Source: the human T2T-CHM13v2.0 reference genome, Homo sapiens
Length of the DNA: 64,000 bases
Reading direction: 5' to 3' (one strand)
Assembly (NCBI RefSeq): GCF_009914755.1
Contig: NC_060947.1
The position numbers and the translations under genes are program-made. Of this stretch, positions 27,200 to 41,400 are shown in pieces; position 1 is the first letter of the stretch; each line of letters begins with the position of its first letter. The notes below the pieces were generated by a model. The model worked only from the letters and a program-made list of their open reading frames with translations. It was not told where the DNA came from and searched no databases.

Positions 27200-27974
27200 A
27201 CACAGAGTTCCTGTAAACCCATTCCCTACCTCTCTCAAATATTAAAATCTCATATAACTAGTATAATTAATAATACCAGGATATTATTGATACCTGGCTC
27301 TCATTATTGAAAATATATTTACTTATTTGCTCAATCCTATTATATGCAAGTTCCAGAATTGCTAACTCATACCTTCATGAAAAACAAATTTATAAGCCAG
27401 CATATAATATTCATTTACAGTTCTTTTTTCTCCCAGCCTTAATATGTAATATCAAAAAACCATTTTCCTTATTTTCTTCCTTGACCCTGTCAATGTCACT
27501 ATGTTATTAATTTGAAATGATGTTAGGCTCACTTATTTCTGTTTGTATTCTATTTCCCCCCTCCTCTGCATTCTCATTTAGTCTGTCTATCTATGTATCT
27601 ACCTACCTATTTATTTATTGGTTGCATAAAATTTTACCATGGTTCTAAAGGTCAAAACTATTTTTAAAAATACTCATAGAAGCTTCATCACTTTTATTGT
27701 TTCATCACTTTTATTCGCATTACTTTGCTTTTCCCATCCCATTTTCCCCCATCTCCTATACATAACTAATCTCATTAGTTTCTTGTTCTTTCTTCTTGTT
27801 TTTGTTTTTGCAAAAAAAAAAAAAAAAAAAAAAACTTGTACATCTTATAGTCCCTTCCTTTTAACATGAAAGGTAGTGCACTATAGATATATACTCTTTC
27901 ACCTTTGCTTTTTTTCATTTAATATAGACTAGAAATCACTCCATACCAGTTTACAGATCTTTCTCATCACTGAA

Positions 27975-28243
27975 TTTTTAAATTTTTAAATTTGTAAATT
28001 TTCTGGGTACAGAGTAAATGTACATATTTATGAGGTATCTGAGATGCTTTGATAGAGGCATGCAATGTGTAATAATCACATCATGGAAAATGGGGTATCC
28101 ATCCCCTCAAGCATTTGTCTTTTATGTTACAAGCAATCCAATTATATTCTTTTAGTTATTTTTAAATGTACAATTAAATTATTATTGACTATAGTTACCC
28201 TGTGGTGCTATCAAATAGTAGGTCATATTCATTCTTTCTATTT
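27975..28243 (-). mobile_element. L1MA2-like 3'-end fragment
   Basis: ggcatgcaatgtgtaataatcacatcatggaaaatggggtatccatcccctcaagcattt; flanked by a similar ctcatca repeat. Confidence 0.75.
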
Positions 28244-28984
28244 TTCCTCATCATTTCTTAAACCTGCATAATATTTCAGTTTGTGCATATACCATGGCTT
28301 ATTCAACCACTCTCCTATATATGGACATTTAGTTTCTAATATTTTGCAACTGCAAGCAATGCTGCAATGTATAATTTGTACATATGTATTTTCATATTGT
28401 CAGAAGTGCATCTTCAGGGTAAAATCTAGAATTGTAATTACTGAGTCAAAGGTAAATGTATATGTAGTCTTATTAATGTTGCTAAATTGACCTCCAGAAG
28501 GGTTGTGCCAATTTGCATCCCTATTATTAATACATTGAGATTGGCTGTTTCTCACAGGCTCACCAATAGACTGCGGTGTCATGCTGTTTAATTTTTACTA
28601 ATCTTTTAGGTGAAAAATAATATCTTAGTGCTGTTTTATTTTGCATTTCCTTAGTGAGTTTGAATATCTTTTTATACATTTTAGAGCAAGTTTTATATAT
28701 TTTTGGTAAATTGTCAGTTGATATTCTTTCTCAACGTGACAACTTCATAATTTATGACGATTTTTGCTTGGCTTTTTTTCAATGTTATGTAGTCAAATTT
28801 ATCAATCCCTTCATTCACTTCCCCTGAATTTTAAGACATACTTGCAATAACTTTCCCTGTGCCAAGGTTAAAGAAGAATTTATTGACTTTTTTAGTATTT
28901 GTAGGGTCTCATTTTCTATATTTAGACCTCTGATCGATTTAAAATTTATTGATATGGTGAGAAGTATGAATCTAATTCTATCTT

Positions 28985-29284
28985 CTTCTTTTTATTTATT
29001 TTTTAGACAGAGTCCCATTTGTCACCCAGGATGGAGTTCAATAACATGATCTCAGCTCACTGCAACCTCCACCTCCGAGGCTCAACCGATTCTTGTGCCT
29101 CACCCTCCCGAGTAGCTGGGATTACAGGCCTGCACTATCACACTCAGATAACTTTTGTATTTTTAGTAGAGACAGGGTTTCACCATGTTGCCCAGGCTGG
29201 TCTCAAACTCCTGACCTCAAGTGATCAGCCCACCTCAACCTCCCTATATGTTGGGATTACAGGCGTGAACCACCATGCCTGGCC
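28985..29284 (-). mobile_element. Older Alu (AluJb/AluS-like)
   Basis: Full Alu dimer with CpG decay; 14-bp TSD tctaattctatctt (28971-28984) / tctaattctacctt (29285-29298). Confidence 0.9.
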
Positions 29285-30049
29285 TCTAATTCTACCTTAT
29301 TGCAAATTGTTACTAATATGTTCTAGAGCAATTTATTAAAGTCTATATTTTCCAATTGATGTGAGATGCTACTTTTATCAAATACATTTCTGTATGTAGT
29401 TTGATCTACTTCTGGACATTGTATTCTCTCTCATTGGTCTATTTGTCTATTAATATGCCACACTGTTTTAGTTATAAAAATTTCATAAGTTTTAATGTCT
29501 GTTAAGGCTAGCTTCACCACTTAATTTTCTTCAATGATTTCCTACCTATTTTGCATGTTTGCTTTTGTGTATGAATTTTATTGAGGTTGAATAACTCCAT
29601 AAAACAGCTTGTTCCCTATCCAAGAATAAAAAAGTTTTGTCATTTATTCTACTCTACTTTTCTATCTTTGATAAATGTTTAAAATTTCCTTTACATATAT
29701 TTGTTTCTTATTGTTTATTCCGAAGTTTTAGTCTGCTTTGTTGCTGTCTTAACTGAATACTTTCCTATCATCATTCCTATAACTGATTATTGTTTACCTA
29801 TGTGAAGTATATTGATTTCTGTATGCTAATTTTATATCCTGTTAATAGCGCATTGTTCGTGGTTTGAGTTACTTTCATCATTGATTTTCTTTTTCGTATA
29901 CTATCATATCGTCTGCAAATAGAAATAGTTTTGGTTTCTCCCTATGAATTCCTCTGCCTTAAAGTGATTCATATTACCTATTTGCATTGCCAAACACAAC
30001 TAGTGCAATGTTGAATATAAGTGTCAATAGTGAGCATCATTGTTTCTTA

Positions 30050-30150
30050 ACTGAGACATAAATAATTCACATAGTTAGTTAATAAAAAGTATATCCAGAA
30101 CTTGGACCCAGTATTCCGGCTCTAAAATCTGTGTTATTGATTAGCATACT
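30050..30150 (-). mobile_element. MIR fragment
   Basis: actgagacat...cacatagttagttaat...ccagaacttggacccagtattccggctctaaaatctgtg resembles the MIR core. Confidence 0.5.
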
Positions 30151-30794
30151 ATTCATTTGTCATAATCTGAATTATTTTAGCTACTATGTCTTCTTCTCAC
30201 ATTTGTATTTCATAATTATTCTACCAAAACAACATTATTTAATTATATTGGCTTTGTAAAAATTATTTATGTCTTTTAGGACAAGTCTCCTTCTCAATAG
30301 CACTTTTACAAAGATCACTTGGATACTTTTACTCATTTCTTGTAGTTAACACATGCACGTGATGAGCAATCTAAACATTACAAAGCTATATGTAGAGGAA
30401 AGAGAAAGGATCCTGCTCAACTTCCTCTCCCAGCTCACCAGTAACCATTGTTAGCAGGCTCTTTGTTATTCTACTTATGAGAAAGTTAGATCCTTAAGAG
30501 TATAATAATTCTACTTCCAAAGTAACAAAGTAGCGTTTAAATTACAGGCTCCTTCCAGGAATGTGAGTGATATTTGTAGCTTTGAAATTATAATATGCTT
30601 TTCTTTCGGATATATATTCTAATAGGCACCATTTTCCAAAATAGACCAGTTTGAAGTTTTGATAATGCAAACAGTGTAGTTTTAATACTATTTGTAGGAC
30701 ACCTCAAAAATCAGCACATATACAGAATACATTTCATAAACTAGAAAACAATTTGACTAAGGGCAAAATATCTACAAACAACGATAGTTTTGAT

Positions 30795-31560
30795 ATATTT
30801 GGCGAACAGAGTCAACAGAATGTGCTGAAGGACAATGTGTGGGGTGTAAAAGAAAGAAAAATAAAGAATCACACCAGGATATAGATCTGACTAACTGGAA
30901 TCATGGGGATAGCATTTGCCTAGATGTGGAACACTACAGAAGGTGCTCCTTTTGAGGGGTAGATTGGGTGGGTGTTCACTTCTTCTGCTTAATACCAAAA
31001 GGCAGATGTCCAGAATATAATTGAATGAAAGAACCTAAAGTTGCGTTAGTGATCTGAGCTGGAGATGTACTGAACAGATGACATTTAAAGTGAGATGACT
31101 GAGAGACTTGAATATAGACAGAGAAGATAAGGTGGCAAACAACTGAGCTCTGCAGTATTCCAATGTGAGAATTCAAGAAGAGGGTTGAGCAAAGGGAACT
31201 GTGAAGTAGCAGCTAGTGGGGGGGAAAAAAACCCCAAAAAAAACAAAAACAAACAACAACAAAAAACAAAAAAAAACTTGTAGAGTATATCTGGGACGTT
31301 ATAGAAAAAGAACGTTTTTCCTGTAAATAGGAAAAAGTTACCAAACATGTTAAATGCTTCTGTTATGTCAAACAAAATAAGATCTGAGGATTAATTACCA
31401 ACTACACTGAGAGTGGCGCTCCACTTTTAGTTATGCGGTGGAGAACCATACTGAAGTTGTCTGCAGTTGGTATGGTAAATGTCATGCAGGGAGCATGTGG
31501 AACATCTTTTCTGATTGATTCTGTTTCATTACGGAAATAAGAAACAAAAGGATTAGTGGT
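30795..31560 (-). mobile_element. L2 fragments
   Basis: tctgactaactggaatcatggggatagcatttgcc, tgatctgagctggagatg and atgttaaatgcttctgttatgtcaaacaaaataagatctgag. Confidence 0.55.
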
Positions 31561-31609
31561 CTTAGTTGGTACCCTTCCTTATTTTTGTTTTTGGCTTCAT
31601 GTTTTTTCC

Positions 31610-31930
31610 CCAATCACTAGACAACCAGGGAAAGCATCCCTTAAAACAGACCTTGATAGAAGGATTTGAATACAAGTAGTTTATTTGGGAGATGCAGGAG
31701 TCAACAATAGGAGAGTGGCCATGGAAAGGGAAGGAAGCCAGTAGAGATGCTTTAGTAAACCAGTTACCACAGTGAGCAACTGAAGTTTATTTCCACCAGT
31801 AAACTCTAAGTGCAAAACACACACCTCAGGATTATGCCATCTGAGTTGTGAAAGAGCTATGCTATTTAACCACTCCTGAGAGTCATAGGAATGCTGGGGT
31901 AGGGAATTACCCAACACTTCTGGCCTCCCT
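31610..31930 (-). mobile_element. LTR16-like ERVL LTR fragment
   Basis: aaacagaccttgatagaaggatttgaatacaagtagtttatttgggagatg and aaaccagttaccacagtgagcaactg. Confidence 0.55.
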
Positions 31931-33140
31931 TGGGTACTAGAAGAGTTACCGTCTGTCTTTTTATTAAACTCATTTTTTTAAAAATTATAACATTTATTTT
32001 TGCTCTTATTCTAGTTATTCTTTCATCTTCAGAAACACCTATGTTGTTTAGGTTATTTCATTCTTATCTATCTTCCACATATCATATTTCATTATTCTCT
32101 TTGTCACTATCTGCATCAGTTTCTTAAATCTGTCTCACTCTATATGATGTGATCCATTTCAAAGGATATACATTTTGCAATTTTGCTAATTGTAATATTG
32201 GCTTTATTCCTGCTCTTGCATTTTAAGGTTTATTCCAAGCTACAAGGGCCCAACCCAATCGAACAAAAGTTAAAAAGGAGAGTTATTGGTTTACATCAAA
32301 TGATATGATCAGCTCTTTTAGGACAAGTCTCCTTATTTATGTCTCTCCAACATCCAGTCTCTCTTCTTTTCTTTCTTCTAGTTGCTTGTTTTATGCTCCC
32401 TTACTGCAGATAGGCTCATGCCATGCAGCAGGCAATGTTGACCCCTGATGGACTCAGTTGAACATTGACCGAATATCGCAAAACAAAATTGTAAAAGAGA
32501 ACTTTTCACATGCACCTGTATGTAACATTTCAGAACTAAACTGCAGAATAATCATTGAATTCAAGGAAATGCGTTATATGATTGGCCTGAATGTAGCAGC
32601 TACTGTGGAATTGGGGAAGAGCTGTTTCCTAAAGAAAGGGGAGATGAAGGTTGTTACCAGAGGGAGTGATTAAATACGCTAGACAGAAAATTAAAAAGCA
32701 TTACCACCCTTCATTACATCTTGGAGCTTACTTGCCACTATGCAATTTACCATTGACAGATCAAACAGTCTTTCAAATCATATCATATTTACTAGTAAAT
32801 TGTAGTATTAAAATATATGTGACATTAAACTGGGATGAGAATTCTACACATTAAAATTATAATACATTGAGTGTTTATTAAACTATACATACTCTGATAA
32901 ATTATACCCACTATGTGTCTCTGCTCCCACACCTATCTTGGTGTGAATGACTGTTGTAGTGAATGGTTATTAGTGATTTTTTAGATAATATTTCTCAGGC
33001 ATATTGCTTGGGAAGAAATTGATAATCATGGAAAACTGATGCAGAAAGCTCAACGTGAAGATAGGGAACAGTGATCTTATTGTGCTAGAAAACAGCGTTC
33101 AGGAAATAAGAAGGAAGATGTCCAGGAATTTTTTTAAATT

Positions 33141-33370
33141 CTTTTTTTTACTCCCGTAGGTTACCGGCGAACAGGTGGTGTTTGGTTACATGAGTGAGTT
33201 CTTTGCTGGTGATCTGTGAGATTTTGGTGCACCCATCACCCGAGCAGTATACACTGCACCCAATTTGTGGTCTTTTATCCCTCACCCCCTTCCTTCCCTT
33301 TCCCTCTGAGTCCCCAAAGTCCATCGTGTCTTTCTTATGCCTTTGCATCCTCATAGCTTAGCTCCCACAT
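33141..33370 (-). mobile_element. Severely 5'-truncated L1PB1 3' end
   Basis: gaacaggtggtgtttggttacatgagtgagttctttgctggtgatctgtgagattttggtgcacccatcacccgagcag; TSD aggaat(T)6-7aaatt at 33124-33140 and 33371-33386. Confidence 0.85.
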
Positions 33371-34876
33371 AGGAATTTTTTAAATTGTTGTTAGCACACA
33401 TCCTGAGGAGAAAACCAAACTGTCTTCCCACCTTATTTTACAGGGATCTTTTTTCTTCTTCAAATTTTGGGAAGGCACTAAGATGAGGTCTAGATAGGTT
33501 ATTTCCCAATCTAACTCCAGAGACTTAAGAAGCATGCCATAGAGTTGGAGTATCTGAAGAAACACCCTTGAAAAAGTCAAGTGTCAAATTATGTGCATCG
33601 GCTCAGTACCACAACTGCTCAGAAGAATAATATAAACTGCTAAACATAACTTTTATGAAAGCCTAACAATCTCAGGCTAAATTCACAAATAAAAAGTTAA
33701 AATTAATTAAGTGCTAAATTGCAGCCTAGGTATTTGTTTCTTTAAAGTACAATTAAGATACAGCTTGGAAGACAAGGGTGTGGTAAGTATAGTTGCAAAT
33801 TCAGCTGCTTTAATAAAGAGGTATGTTTTTAACATAAACAATAAAAATCGAATGATGGAAAATCTTCCTCACAATAAGACATGGACTTTGAAAAAAGCAT
33901 CACAGCTATTTTACTGATTTAATTTATTTATGTATTTATGGTTTAAGTATATATTATATATTCATTTAAATACAGTAAAATTCATTCTTTTGGGGATACC
34001 GATCTATGAGTTATAACTAATGCATGTGATTGGGTAACTGTTACAGCTGTTGCACAGGGAAGTTCTATTACCCTGCAATTAAAAAAATTTCCTTGTACTG
34101 ACCGTTTGAAATTAAAATCTCCCCAGACTCTCAGATGCTGGCAACTGTGTTCTGTCCTTACAGTTTGCTTTTCCCAGAATATCATACACATGGAATCATA
34201 CCTTTTGAGTTTGGTTTCTTTTACTGAACATAAGGCACTTGGGATTTATCTATGTTGCTGGGTGTGTTGATAATTTGCTCCTTTCTATTGCTCAGGAATA
34301 TTCCAGTTGTATGGATATGGCACAGTATGTTTCTTAGCTTCCAAATTGAGGGATGTTTGAGCTGTTTCTAGTTTATGATTATTATGAATAAAGCTGCTAT
34401 GAACATTAGCATCCAAGATTTTTGGTGAAATATGGTTTCCGTTTTTTCTCAGGTAAATACTTGGAGGAGGAATTTTTTTTCGTTCATATAATAAGTTTAA
34501 CCTTTTGAGAAGCTGCCAAATTATTTTCCATAGTGGCAGTACTATTTTGCATTCCTATCAGCAAAATATGAGTGTTCTGCTTGTTCCATATCCTTCTCAG
34601 CTCTTGGCATTGTCAAATTTTTGGATTTCAGTCAATCCAATAGGTATGCAGCAATATCTTATTCTGATTTTAATTTGCACCTAACTAAATGACTAATGAT
34701 TTTGAACATCTTTTCATGTGCTTATTTGCCATTAAAATATCTTCTTTTGTGAAGTGTCAGTTCATATTGTCTATTTTTTCATTGGGTTTTTTTTCTATAG
34801 TTAAGTTTTGAGTGACCTTTAAATATTAGGATAAAAGTGACTTGCAAATATTTTTCTCTGTCTACAGCTTTTCTTT

Positions 34877-35198
34877 TATTTATTTATTTGTTTATTTATT
34901 TATTTATTTGAGACAGGGTCTCACTTTGTCTTCCAGGCTGGAGTACAGTAAGTGACATGATCACCACTCACTGCATCCCCAAACTCCCAGGCTCAAACTA
35001 TACTCCCATCTCAGCCTCCTGAGTAGCTGGGACTACAAGGAGGAACCACCACACACAGCTAATCTTTTTTAAAAATTTTGTAGAGACAGGGTCTCACTAT
35101 GTTGCCCAAGATGGTCTTGAACTCCTCGGCTCAGGCAGTTCTCCCACGTTTACCTCACAAAGTGCTGGGATTACAGGTGTGAGCCACTGTGCCTGGCC
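34877..35198 (-). mobile_element. AluJ (AluJo-like) with (TTTA)n tail
   Basis: gagacagggtctcac in both arms, heavily diverged; TSD acagcttttcttt / acagcttgtcttt. Confidence 0.9.
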
Positions 35199-35360
35199 CA
35201 CAGCTTGTCTTTATATTGTCTTTCACAGAGCAAAATTTTAAATTTTGATTAAATACATCAATTTTTTTCTTTAATGGGTCATGCTTTTAATGTCATACTC
35301 AATAAATGTTTATCTAACCCAGGGTCACAAAGATTTCCTCCTTTTGTTTCTTCTAAAAGT

Positions 35361-35895
35361 TGTAAGGGAGGTAAAATTTCTCCTTTATCCTCTTAGGATC
35401 TCTGGCTGGGCCTAAGAATTAAACTGGCTTAAGACATATTAGCAGGAGAAATGATTACAAATTTTATTTCATAATGTTTGCATGTCCACAGGGGCTCTCA
35501 CAAGAAAAATGAAGATCCAAAGAAGTAGTTAGGACCAAAAGATTATATACTAGGTTAGACAAAGGGTAGTAAATTGTGAAAATTTGACCAGCCAAAAGGT
35601 TTTGGGCAAAGGCAGTTAATTGTGGAAAGGTGACTGGGAAGATAAAGATGATTCTAATGTTTTTTCTGTACAGTTATGTCTCAGTCTCAACTTTTCATCT
35701 CTGGTGATAAGAATGTTCTTCCTAGTGCAGCAAGGACACCTTTCACATGAGTGTTTTATCTTCACCTGTTTTCAGGAAGAAAAAGGAAGGTCAGAGTGCC
35801 CTTCTTGCATCTCCTGTTTTCCAAGTGTCCTTAACTCAAAATGATAAATATGCCAAAGCGGCATCTGTTGGAATGGCATGCTATGAATGCCATCA
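35361..35895 (-). mobile_element. MER34-group ERV1 solo LTR
   Basis: TG...CA ends with a perfect 4-bp TSD aagt (35357-35360 and 35896-35899); terminal aatatgccaaagcggcatc motif; host L1 is continuous across it. Confidence 0.75.
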
Positions 35896-36326
35896 AAGTT
35901 TTATAAATTTATGATTTAGTCTGTGGTCCATTTGAGTGAGTTTTTGTATAAAGGGTGAAGTGTTGATTATGATTCTTTTTTTCCTTTTGTATTTGGATAA
36001 AAAGACTATCCTCTCTCCATTGAAATTGCCCTTGCATCTTTGTCAAAAATCAATAGGTCATATACATATATGTCTATTTCTGAACTTTTTATTTTGTGGC
36101 ATTGATCTATGTGTCTAATCTTTCACTAAAACCACAGTGTCTCAATTATTTTTAAAAGATATCTGAATATATTTTAATATTCCATTTTATCTTTTGGTTC
36201 ATATGCATTTATCTGTTTTGTGGTTGCACTACAAATTTTAATATATACTCTCACAGTCTTTTTAGAGTAAGCAAAGTGTCTTATAACCATATAGATCTAT
36301 TTATTCTCTTTTCTTTATATTATAGG

Positions 36327-36660
36327 TTTTTTTTTCAACCTTTAATATAGATTAAAGGTACACATGAAGGTTTGTTACATGGGTTTTATGATACTGAGAC
36401 TTGGGGTCCCCACAATCCCATCACCGAGGCCATAAACATAGTACCCAACAGGTGGTTCTTTAACCCACACCCCTCTCCCTCCCACATCTAGTGATTCCTA
36501 CTGTCTATTGTTCCCACCTTTACAATCATGTTTATTCAGTGTTTAGCTCCCACTTGTGAGAACATGCAGTATTTGGTTTTCTGTTCTTGCATTAGGTCCC
36601 TTAGAATAATGGCCTCCAGCTCCATCCACATTGCCGCAAAGGGCATGATTTCTTTCTTTT
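36327..36660 (-). mobile_element. L1PA15/16-like 3'-end fragment
   Basis: ggtttgttacatggg...catagtacccaacaggtgg...tttagctcccacttgtgagaacatgcagtatttggttttctg. Confidence 0.8.
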
Positions 36661-38076
36661 GTAATTATTACGGGTATTACATCTACATACATCAAAATGC
36701 CCCCTAGAAAGTGTTCTAATTTTTCCTTCAACAGTCATACATCTTACATCAAAGATCTTAAGAGGAGAGCTATTATCTATTAGATTTACCTGCATCTTTA
36801 TCATGCCTATTACTCATCCTTTAATAACTTATGTTCCAAGTTTACTTCTGGTATTATTTCCTTTCAATGAGAAGAAGATCCGTTGGCATTCTTTCAGAGT
36901 AGGTCTGCTAGTGATGAATTTTCTGGGCTTCTGTTATCTAAAAATGCCTTTATGTTGCCTTCATTCCTTAAGGTTATTTTCTCTGGTTATACAATTCTAC
37001 AATGACAGTTCCTTTATTTCAGCACTTGAAAAATATTGCAGCTTCCATGGTTTCTGATAAGAAATTGCAATTATTCCAATTGTTGTGCCCTTATATGTAG
37101 AGAACAATATTTTTTCTTTATTTTTGGTGCTGAGCAGTATATGATGTGTCTGAGCATGGCTTTCTCTGAGTATGTCTGGTTGTGGCTCACAGAGCATCAT
37201 GAATATGTTAATTTATATATTTTACTGAATCTTAGACGTTTCATCATTAGTTTTTCAAATGCTAGCTTTTCAAATACTTCTTCTCTCTGTGCTAATCTCC
37301 TCTTTTTCAGAGACTCCAGGGCATGAGCATTAAATGTTTTGATGTCATTCTAGAAGTCTCTGAAGTTCCATTTAAGTTTTTCATTTGTTTCAGTCTGCTC
37401 TTCAGTTTGGATAATTTCTATTGATCTAATTTCAAGTTCATTGGTTCTTTCCTTTGCCATTTCCATTCTGTTACTGAGATCATTTAGTACATTTATTAAA
37501 TTTCAAATATCGTATTTTTAAGTTCAAACTTTCTATTTGTTTTATGCTTTATATTTCTATATTGAGAATTTATCTCCTTACTACATTTGTTTTGAGATTG
37601 TTTGCTATTACTTAACGATGCATAATAACAGCTGCTTTCAAGTCTGTTGACAATGTTTAACTCTTTTATCTCAGAGCTGATATCCAGCTATTGATTGTAT
37701 TTTTCTTAAGATTTTATGAGGCTTTTTGTTTCATGGTATGTTGAGTAATTTTTCATGGTATCCTGGACATTTTGAATATTTTGATGTGAGGCTTTGGTTC
37801 CTTTTAAAATCCTCTGGAGAATGCTGATTTGTTTTTGGTGCTGTTGCTATCAATGTTGTTCTTGCGGTAGGTAATCAACCTAGTTATGTTAAGACTCCAC
37901 ATTCTCTCTTGCTTTCTGTGTGAGGTGGTTGCAATGCCAGTTCATTTTTCAAAGACTTTTCAAGAATGTTCATGTGTGTCTCTTGCATATGCCACTTGGG
38001 GTTTGATCTGGGCAATGTTTATATTGCATCTCAGGTGTCAAATGGTTTATTATATTTTTTATGTGTATTTCATGCA

Positions 38077-38440
38077 TAATGTGGTTTGGCTTTGTGTCCC
38101 CACCCAAATCTCACCTTGAATTGTAATCCCCACGTGTCGAGGGAGGGACATGATGGAAAGCGATTGGATTATGGGGGCAGTGTCCTCCATGCTGTTCTCA
38201 TAACAGTAAGTGAGTTCTCATGAGATCTGAAGTTTTTAATAAGTGGTGGTTTCCCCTGCTCTCTCTTTTTCCTGCCACCTTGTGAAGAAGGTACTTGCTT
38301 CTCTTTTGCCTTCTGCCATGATTGTAAATTTCCTGAGGCCTCCTCAGCCATGTGGAACTGTGAGTTAATTAATCTCTTTCCATTGCAAATTTCCCAGTCT
38401 CAGGTATTTCTTTATAGCAGTGTGAAAACGGAGTAAAACA
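38077..38440 (+). mobile_element. THE1D-like solo LTR
   Basis: taatgtggtttggctttgtgtccccacccaaatctcacc...gagtaaaaca; perfect 5-bp TSD atgca (38072-38076 and 38441-38445). Confidence 0.9.
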
Positions 38441-41400
38441 ATGCATGCATAGCTTGGGGGGTGAGCCCTGAACTTTTGTTGCTTCATACTCAGAATCAGT
38501 GATCTTTTCTTTCTTCGCTCAGGGATTTTCCCCACACTCTCTACCCAGAAGGGGTCTATCTTCCTATTCGTCTGGCTAGAAAGATGGAATTTTCTCAAAG
38601 TTTTATCTTCCCACAATGATGTGCAGATCCTTGTCACTTGAGGTCAAGTGATAAAAGAGAGATATGAAAATGTGATATTTCCTCCACACTTACATAACAG
38701 AAACATCTTTTCCTAATTTCTCTATTCAGAGAGATGAGCTTTCTCTCCTGGTTTTAGGTGATCATACCATACCTCTGTGCCTCAGATGGAGCTGGTCTTG
38801 AGGCAGGGCTGACAGGAAATATTAGAAAGGAAGAAAAAAATAAATATTTCTCTTGCACTGAAAGATGAGCTTTTTGTGGAGTATTTGCTGGCCTGCCTGC
38901 CGTGCAATTACTGGTTTAGCCTGCCCTAGAGTTAATGCTGGAAGATAAAGGAAGAAAAAAATAAACCTCCTCTACATTAGCCTTTCTCCAGGTTTTGATT
39001 TCCTGCTCCAATATACTTATTGTTTACTTTTCAGAGTTCTGAAGTAAGTCAGTGTTTTGTATTTTGTGATGTCTTTAGATATAATTATTGCAATATAATA
39101 GGATTACTCATTGCGGCTACAACCATGTCCTATATTCTTATTTTTAAGTGATTAAGTTATTGTATAGGTTAACTCCACAAATAACACCAAGAAGTCATGG
39201 CAAATGCTAAAACATGACCTTTTTTCTTAAATTAATATTTTTAATTAATATAATTCTCTTTATCATCAACAATCCATTAGTTTAAAAAAATCATTATTAG
39301 CTAAATTTGAAGGAGGTAAAAATTGCATGAATTCCTCTGCTCTCTGGTTTTCCTTTTGAATGGGAAACCAGGCTTCATTTCATCTCAACCTGAATACAAA
39401 ACAAAATAAGAATATTTCATCTTTAAGATAAATCACAGTCAACAAAGTAGACAGAGGAAGAAGAAGAAAGTTCTTATAATTTACTTCCAAACAAAGTTAG
39501 CAATGACTCTTCAGTTGTCATGTTGTCTTCAATTTCACAAAGACAAACACTTTTATAAACAATTATTTATATAGTGTATCCTCAATGATCTGAGGGGACA
39601 AGAGAAATGATGTAATTTCTTTTAAGCTGGATATCTCATAATAAAAAAGACACACCTCAGCAGGCATGGTGAAATTTCAGATAATCAAATAGCAGGTAGT
39701 CATATTCTGATTTTCAAAATATAACTGTGCACATTTTTCTTTGCAGGCAGTTTCTGCAAATGGACACATCCTCAAACCTATGTGCTTGCTACTTTTTGAT
39801 GATCATCAGAGACTAATAACACTTCCTTTAATAACCCTGAAAATGTAAAGTAATAAGCCTGTGCTTTTTTCATCACAAAATGGTTTATAGAAATTGACAG
39901 AAGTTCATTTTAGTAGATAAATTTACTTAACCCAGTAGACCAATAAAACCAACATTATGTCCCATTTCTCCTACCTGCTGTCATGATCACTCAATATTTT
40001 GAGTTAAAATTCACATTTTTAAAGAAAATTAGACTTTATTTAAAAGATGAAAATATGTAAGTAAATGAGTAGCTAATTAATCCTGTTACATTTGGCTTAA
40101 ATTCAACTCCAAGCTTCTGCCAAAACGTATGTAATTTATAAATTTTAATTTAAAAGAAAGTTTAAAATTCACAGACACAGAAAACAAATCCTTAAAACTA
40201 AACTCTATGAATAACTACAGATTGGCCAATATATAAAATATGTCAGACAAAGTAAAAGGCAGCTTTCAATCTCTGTCTTTTGGAAGATATTAAAGTTTTC
40301 CCCTAAGAAAAATTATTTAATTTACCTCTACTCCAAAAATTAAAGCAGGATGAATATTATTAAAATTCAGAAGAGTCATTTATGCAAGAATTGGAAATGC
40401 CTAATTGTACAGCAATCTAAATTGATTGATCGGAACACTTTCTCTTTCCCTTGACTTCCAATTGGCTTAATCCTTTTATAATTTTTTTATAATTTAGCTA
40501 TTTAGATATCATATATCTTTGAACTTGAAGAAGTTAGATAAATGTTTGCTTGTGTGTTTAAGGTGCTCCCAAATGATGCCTATAATTCAGTATTGTTCAT
40601 TTGTATCTTTGGGAATCAGAATATAAATGCCACACTCAGGAGTGTAAAATATAATTCTCTTGGGTCCTGTTTTCAGAAAACAGCAAAAATTACTAATATT
40701 TCAGAAGACATCAGATAGCTAAGCATGAAATCAATGACTATAGTAAAACTGCCTCATAGCCTCTACTTAAACAACACATAGCAGTGAAAGACTTTCCCAA
40801 ACACAGGCTAAATATTCTTCCTTCTAAAATTTCTAAACTTCTCTGAAAAAAGACACAACATTTTAAAGTAGAAGGAGAATTTAGTGGTCATTCATTGTAA
40901 AGACTACAAATTCATTTCTTATATATCTACAAGTACATATCAGATGTGAACTCGAACTTAAGTATAACAACAGAAAGATTGGGGGTGATTTCCAGAGCAG
41001 AGTTTGGTCTGGGTCTTGGACAGTGTTTATATGGAAGTTTAGTTCCCAAGGCCTTTATTATACTTCTTCAGGTGTGTTCCATGCATGTGCCATTTAAGGG
41101 CAAACTGCACATGTCAGGGGACTTTGGCGAATCTGAGATTGCAGACTTACGTGAATATTTCTAATTCATTTCTTAATGCCACTCAGACCCAAAATGTTTT
41201 TATAAAATCCATCTGATATGGCATTCAAACTGTGATATTATAGTTTGCCACCTCTGATCTAGTCAAGCATATATTTTTCCAGAAGAGAAAATTAGAGTCC
41301 ACAGGAAAGTTACTTAGTCTAAGACCTGCCTGTCTAATTAGCTAACAAAGTAAAGATTGGACCCTAGGTCACATAAAGCCCCAGTCAGTGCTTTTTTCAC

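Larger units (their letters stand above)
33925..36145 (-). mobile_element. Old L1MC/MD 3' end and ORF2 C-terminus, hosting an AluJ and an ERV1 LTR
   Basis: ttatgaataaagctgctatgaacatt, gaagctgccaaattattttccatagtggc, gactaatgattttgaacatcttttcatgtgcttatttgcc and ctttgtcaaaaatcaatagg. Confidence 0.75.
36150..39110 (-). mobile_element. Old L1M ORF1/5' region hosting an L1PA16 piece and THE1D
   Basis: gtaggtctgctagtgatgaattttc, gataatttctattgatctaatttcaagttca and ggtatcctggacattttgaatatt. Confidence 0.55.

Noticed and set aside
29019-29339. Alu-derived ORFs (also at 3120, 59084, 59289, 61208 and 62793)
   Set aside because: These are standard antisense-Alu translations, not genes
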